This document shows, piece by piece, positions 59,854-63,608 of a DNA stretch of 63,608 nucleotides (positions are counted from its first letter, which is position 1; the number at the start of each line of letters is the position of its first letter). The DNA comes from a virus. Its lineage: Duplodnaviria; Caudoviricetes. Location: positions 1 through 63,608 of IMG/VR virus record IMGVR_UViG_3300032282_004026; one strand, written 5' to 3'. Both the position numbers and the translations under genes were made by a program. The notes beneath the pieces are model-generated. The model made no database searches. It saw only the letters and a list, made by a program, of their open reading frames with translations, and was not told where the DNA came from.

Positions 59854-60645
59854 TTATGGTGTTACTAAATTTTGGAATTCTTTAACAAATTGATCAATTA
59901 AATTCTTTGAAATTAATTTAATTCTACGCTTGCTTTCATTTTCTCTTATTTCGTATTCCTCATTAGTAACAGGATGATATTCATCATTCAATTTAAAACC
60001 ATTTGTTGGAACATTAAAATTGGTCACGGTCGTATAAACATTCTTGCCAAGTGTTTCATCGTAACGTATACCATTTAATGAAACTAAATCACCAGGAGAA
60101 AATCTTCCATAGTCTAACAATATTACTGCTACATTAGTTGTAGAATCTATTGATTCGATTCTAGCATTTGCGTATGGATAGTTGGTAATAAAATCATGTG
60201 TTATTTCGCGCTGATTTTCTAAAAGATTAGTAGTGTATCCAAACTTAATAAGAGGTGTTACGGTAGAAGGCAGTTTTAATGTAGCAACTCCTTCTACAAC
60301 TATGCCATTACGTTCATAGTGATGAACGTGTTCTGGAAAATCATATTTTTCTGCGATGTATTGGCGTAGCTCATATTCAGACATTGGAAAATCGCGAAGA
60401 TAATCATAACGCTCATTTGCTAGCATTATAACCCAATGGAGTTCTGGATCACCGTATACTTTCTCGGCAATAATCTCAGGTGTTTCACCTTCTTGAATAT
60501 CGTATTCGTCATAGATAGTTACATTCTCTAAAATCTGCTTTCTTATTCTGACATTAGTAGTAATATCAGTTAAGACTTGAAGAGTAGTAGATGTATTATC
60601 CTGAGGAAAGTCGTAGAATATTTTTGGAAATTGATTAAAATACAT
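59854..60645 (-). CDS. gp53: Baseplate wedge protein (LysM-like)
   Basis: YF..FP.I.Y, Y.I..GETPE.IA.K.YGD..LHWVI...N, HHYE, NE.KR.IK. Confidence 0.92.
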   Translation of the reverse strand: MYFNQFPKIFYDFPQDNTSTTLQVLTDITTNVRIRKQILENVTIYDEYDIQEGETPEIIAEKVYGDPELHWVIMLANERYDYLRDFPMSEYELRQYIAEKYDFPEHVHHYERNGIVVEGVATLKLPSTVTPLIKFGYTTNLLENQREITHDFITNYPYANARIESIDSTTNVAVILLDYGRFSPGDLVSLNGIRYDETLGKNVYTTVTNFNVPTNGFKLNDEYHPVTNEEYEIRENESKRRIKLISKNLIDQFVKEFQNLVTP

Positions 60646-60646
60646 T

Positions 60647-61867
60647 TTAAGTAAATTTCTCGATAAGTTCCTTTGACAAAAGCATAAGTTCTTTAAATGT
60701 CAAGGTGATGTTAATTTGAGTTGGCATACCATCTGCAAATGTACTGAATACTCCATTTGGCGTATAATTAACGTTCATTTCTGTTAATACACATGATGTA
60801 TGACGATGAATATTTAAGTTTTCTTGAGTACCCTTATAATACACAATATCAAACTCAGATGGATAAATGTATAAAAATCCAGTAGTATCTTTAAATTCCG
60901 GATGCATATGATATTTAAATGCACGAATAATATTCAGTACATTTCTTGCTTCGGTTGATGATTTTGGAGCAAACTGATAATCAAAACTGAATGTTCTAAA
61001 ATCCACATTCTTAAATGCTTGTTCTTTCTTTGGGTTTGCAGCTAATCCAGTTGCAATTCCCATCTCTTTACCCATTGGACCCGAATTAAGTGCCATTGCA
61101 GTTACTACATCTCGCACTAAACCGCCACTACGTTTAATATCACCATCTTTATCTAAAGCGCGTCCGATTTCTTCAGCGCCTTTTGCTAGTGCAGAAAATG
61201 CTGCAGTATCCTCTTCTCCCCAAGAAGCAGAATATCTCGTGTTAAGTTGATTGGGAATATATAGTGCGATTGCAGTCTTTAGTCTTTTCTGAGGACGAGT
61301 AAATTTAACATCCTTTTCTTCTGCTGGTGCTACTTCACCGTTATTCACATTAGATGAAATTACTGATGCACCGACAGCTCCAACAGCAGCACCTGCAACT
61401 CCACCTCCACCTGCACTTCCTCCCAGCGCGCCTATTACCGTACCACTAGCACCACCAGCTACTGTACTTGCCGCAATAGCTTGCTTACTAGTAATTTTCT
61501 GTCCAATTAAAGCACCTCTTTCATTTCGTTGAACTCCTTCAACTACTTGAGCACCTTCACCGCCATTTGCAAGTACTCGAGAATCTACTGAAACGTTAAT
61601 ATAAAAAACTACTCGATTGTTACCATACTCTTCACTTGACATCAAGTCTTCTGGATATGACATTCCAGTTAAAGAATACTTGCTCGAGTCAAATGAAGTT
61701 GCAGTGTAATTTGGCTTAAAAGCATCTATGCTTTTACCTGATTGAGGCGTACTACTAGAATATGAACCCAAAACACCGCCAGCGCCCGATGCACCAGATA
61801 GTCCATTTGGGAAAGAATTTGCTATAGCATCTGTGCCTGAATTGGAGAAGTCGTCTGGGTATTCCAT
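60647..61867 (-). CDS. gp48: Baseplate tail tube cap
   Basis: I.LY.P, NP..E..F..V.FR.FSF.Y.F.P, I...FKY.M.P, L.F.E. Confidence 0.88.
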   Translation of the reverse strand: MEYPDDFSNSGTDAIANSFPNGLSGASGAGGVLGSYSSSTPQSGKSIDAFKPNYTATSFDSSKYSLTGMSYPEDLMSSEEYGNNRVVFYINVSVDSRVLANGGEGAQVVEGVQRNERGALIGQKITSKQAIAASTVAGGASGTVIGALGGSAGGGGVAGAAVGAVGASVISSNVNNGEVAPAEEKDVKFTRPQKRLKTAIALYIPNQLNTRYSASWGEEDTAAFSALAKGAEEIGRALDKDGDIKRSGGLVRDVVTAMALNSGPMGKEMGIATGLAANPKKEQAFKNVDFRTFSFDYQFAPKSSTEARNVLNIIRAFKYHMHPEFKDTTGFLYIYPSEFDIVYYKGTQENLNIHRHTSCVLTEMNVNYTPNGVFSTFADGMPTQINITLTFKELMLLSKELIEKFT

Positions 61868-61875
61868 AATGGTGG

Positions 61876-61883
61876 TATAAATA
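61876..61883 (+). promoter_or_regulatory. Late promoter TATAAATA for gp4-gp2-gp54
   Basis: Exact consensus on + strand upstream of gp4. Confidence 0.82.
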
Positions 61884-61903
61884 TAAGAGGGTTATAGTAT
61901 ATT

Positions 61904-61911
61904 TATTTATA
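61904..61911 (-). promoter_or_regulatory. Late promoter TATAAATA for the gp48 operon
   Basis: Exact consensus on - strand upstream of gp48. Confidence 0.82.
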
Positions 61912-61912
61912 G

Positions 61913-62347
61913 ATGTTTCATAAGAGAAAATATGTTCCGCTATTTCCAGAAAAGTACGCTGGTGACCCATCAAATGTGATCATGCGATCAAGTTGGGAAA
62001 CCAGATTTGCTATCTGGTGTGATAAGAATCCACAAATAATAAAATGGAGTTCTGAAGAAACAGTTGTACCTTATGTCTCGCCTATAGATGGTAGAATGCA
62101 TAGATATTTCGTGGATTTCAAAATACAGACCTCAAATAATAAAACATATCTCGTGGAAATAAAACCAGCGAAACAAACACTTCCACCCGAAGGAACTAAG
62201 AAAACAAAGAAGTTTTTACTTGAAGCTAGTAATTATTTAGTAAATCAGGCGAAGTGGGAATATGCTAGGAGATATGCTAGAGATAGAAACTGGGAATTCA
62301 TAATTATAACTGAACACGAATTAGGATTAACGTATGGCAAAGGATAG
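61913..62347 (+). CDS. gp4: Head completion protein (TnsA-like nuclease fold)
   Basis: KY.GDP....RSSWE, W.SEE..VPY.SP.D...HRYF.DF, EIKP..Q, VNQAKW..A. Confidence 0.95.
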   Translation: MFHKRKYVPLFPEKYAGDPSNVIMRSSWETRFAIWCDKNPQIIKWSSEETVVPYVSPIDGRMHRYFVDFKIQTSNNKTYLVEIKPAKQTLPPEGTKKTKKFLLEASNYLVNQAKWEYARRYARDRNWEFIIITEHELGLTYGKG

Positions 62348-62906
62348 CCTACAAACAATTTTTGAGAAGAATAAGTTCGATAAATCTATCGCGCTAAAGT
62401 CACAGACGTGGTTTCAACAGCAAACCACTCTATTAGCAAGAAAGAGAATCGATCATAAAAAGCTATTCTCTCAAGAAAAGATAACTAGTAATATAGTTCC
62501 TGGAAAACTTTATATGTTTTTATATGATGCAAAACATAAAGATACACTTCCATATTACGATAGATTCCCGTTAGTGTTCCCCTATCAAAAAGTAGAAGGT
62601 GGATTTATGGGATTAAACATGCACTATCTTCCTTACTATTATAGGGTCCAATTAATGACAAGATTAATGCAGTTTGCTTCTAGTAAAACCTTAGACGAAA
62701 ACACTAAAATGAGATATTCGTGGGCGTTAATTGCCGGTGTATCAAAATTCAGACTTGCCGAAGCTTGTATTAAACATTATTTAGCAGATCATGTTCGTTC
62801 AATGTTTATTGAGATCCCAGGAGATAACTGGCATACAGCAATGATGTTACCGGTAGAAAAATTCACAGTAAATAAGACAAGAGTGTGGGGAGATTCTCTT
62901 AAATGA
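62334..62906 (+). CDS. gp2: DNA end protector protein
   Basis: Y.AKHK..LPYYDRFPL, G.N.HYL, K.YL..HV, W..A..LP...F. Confidence 0.93.
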   Translation: MAKDSLQTIFEKNKFDKSIALKSQTWFQQQTTLLARKRIDHKKLFSQEKITSNIVPGKLYMFLYDAKHKDTLPYYDRFPLVFPYQKVEGGFMGLNMHYLPYYYRVQLMTRLMQFASSKTLDENTKMRYSWALIAGVSKFRLAEACIKHYLADHVRSMFIEIPGDNWHTAMMLPVEKFTVNKTRVWGDSLK

Positions 62907-63608
62907 GTAAACTAAACGAATTCATAGCAGGTGTAAAAATGGGAATGGCAAGAACGTCATTCTTCTCGGTAATGTTAAATCTTCCTAGAGCATTAAGTAA
63001 TTATGAGCCTGTCAGATCAAACATGAATAAAATACTTTTATTCTGTGATCAGGCTCAGATTCCAGGAACATCTTTTTCAACAAATCAGACAAGATCTTAT
63101 GGTGAATTTTCAGAAATACCATACGAAAAATTATATGAACCAATTCAATTGAGTTTCTATGTTGATGTAGATATGAATGTAAAAAGATTATTTGACGCAT
63201 GGGTATCTCTAATACAAGATACCGAAACTCGCGATTTCAATTATCCAGATCAATACTATACTAAAATTGAAATTATAGTTCAAGATAGTATGGATTCGCC
63301 AAAGTATAGTGTATCGTTATATGACGTGTATCCAAAAACTATAGCGCCAATTCAATTAGATTATAGTTCTAAAGATATAATGAAGATGCAAGTAACATTG
63401 GTATATAAGTTTTTTGAAGTTAATCAAGTTTATACTCCTACAACTAACAGTAGCTCATCTATGATAGGAGTAGATCCACAGAGTCTATTAAGTGATGATA
63501 TGATAGCAAATATGGATCCATTCAATATACCAGATGAATACTTCAATAATTTTGATGAATTTCAAGGGCAATTTAATAATTACGATTTTAGTTATGGTGT
63601 TAAGTCTG
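62903..63608 (+). CDS. gp54: Baseplate-tail tube initiator, gp54-like (truncated by window end)
   Basis: Not in the ORF track (no stop in the window). ATG at 62903 overlaps the gp2 stop: MSKLNEFIAGVKMGMARTSFF...LFCDQAQIPG...PYEKLYEPIQLSFYVD...FDAW...YPDQY...LYDVYPKTI; gp19/gp54 tube fold. Confidence 0.78.
   Translation, partial: MSKLNEFIAGVKMGMARTSFFSVMLNLPRALSNYEPVRSNMNKILLFCDQAQIPGTSFSTNQTRSYGEFSEIPYEKLYEPIQLSFYVDVDMNVKRLFDAWVSLIQDTETRDFNYPDQYYTKIEIIVQDSMDSPKYSVSLYDVYPKTIAPIQLDYSSKDIMKMQVTLVYKFFEVNQVYTPTTNSSSSMIGVDPQSLLSDDMIANMDPFNIPDEYFNNFDEFQGQFNNYDFSYGVKS

Noticed and set aside
61913-62347. TnsA-like nuclease as a sign of a transposon
   Set aside because: It is the conserved T4 gp4 head-completion protein in its usual context.
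63012-63200. - strand 62-aa ORF
   Set aside because: Antisense to the gp54-like gene that starts at 62903.

Overview
This window is the virion-morphogenesis (late) module of a T4-like myovirus with the cyanomyophage/pelagimyophage-type layout. Almost everything is on the - strand, running gp48, gp53, hub, gp5, PAAR, gp25, gp6, gp7-like, gp8, VrlC-like, a ~26 kb accessory fibre/adhesin island (13509-39847), gp13, gp14, an inserted fibre, gp15, gp17, gp18, gp19, gp20, gp67-like, gp21, gp22, gp23 and gp3 (truncated). A divergent + strand unit holds gp4, gp2 and a gp54-like gene (truncated). I saw no tRNA, CRISPR array, reverse transcriptase, integrase, intein or homing endonuclease. The most interesting signals are: (1) a fibre island that looks like a modular, chain-docked adhesin apparatus, with C-terminal (D/E)GGxY tails followed by Mtd-N-like heads, conserved ESDTLATVTGRGA junction boxes, and LamG scaffolds carrying different inserts at the same loop; (2) a gp5 spike with both a GH19-like and an M15-like hydrolase domain; (3) no gp16 at its usual position; (4) late promoters placed to give apparently leaderless mRNAs or to start inside a terminator. 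All family assignments come from motif recognition and synteny by eye; no searches were run.
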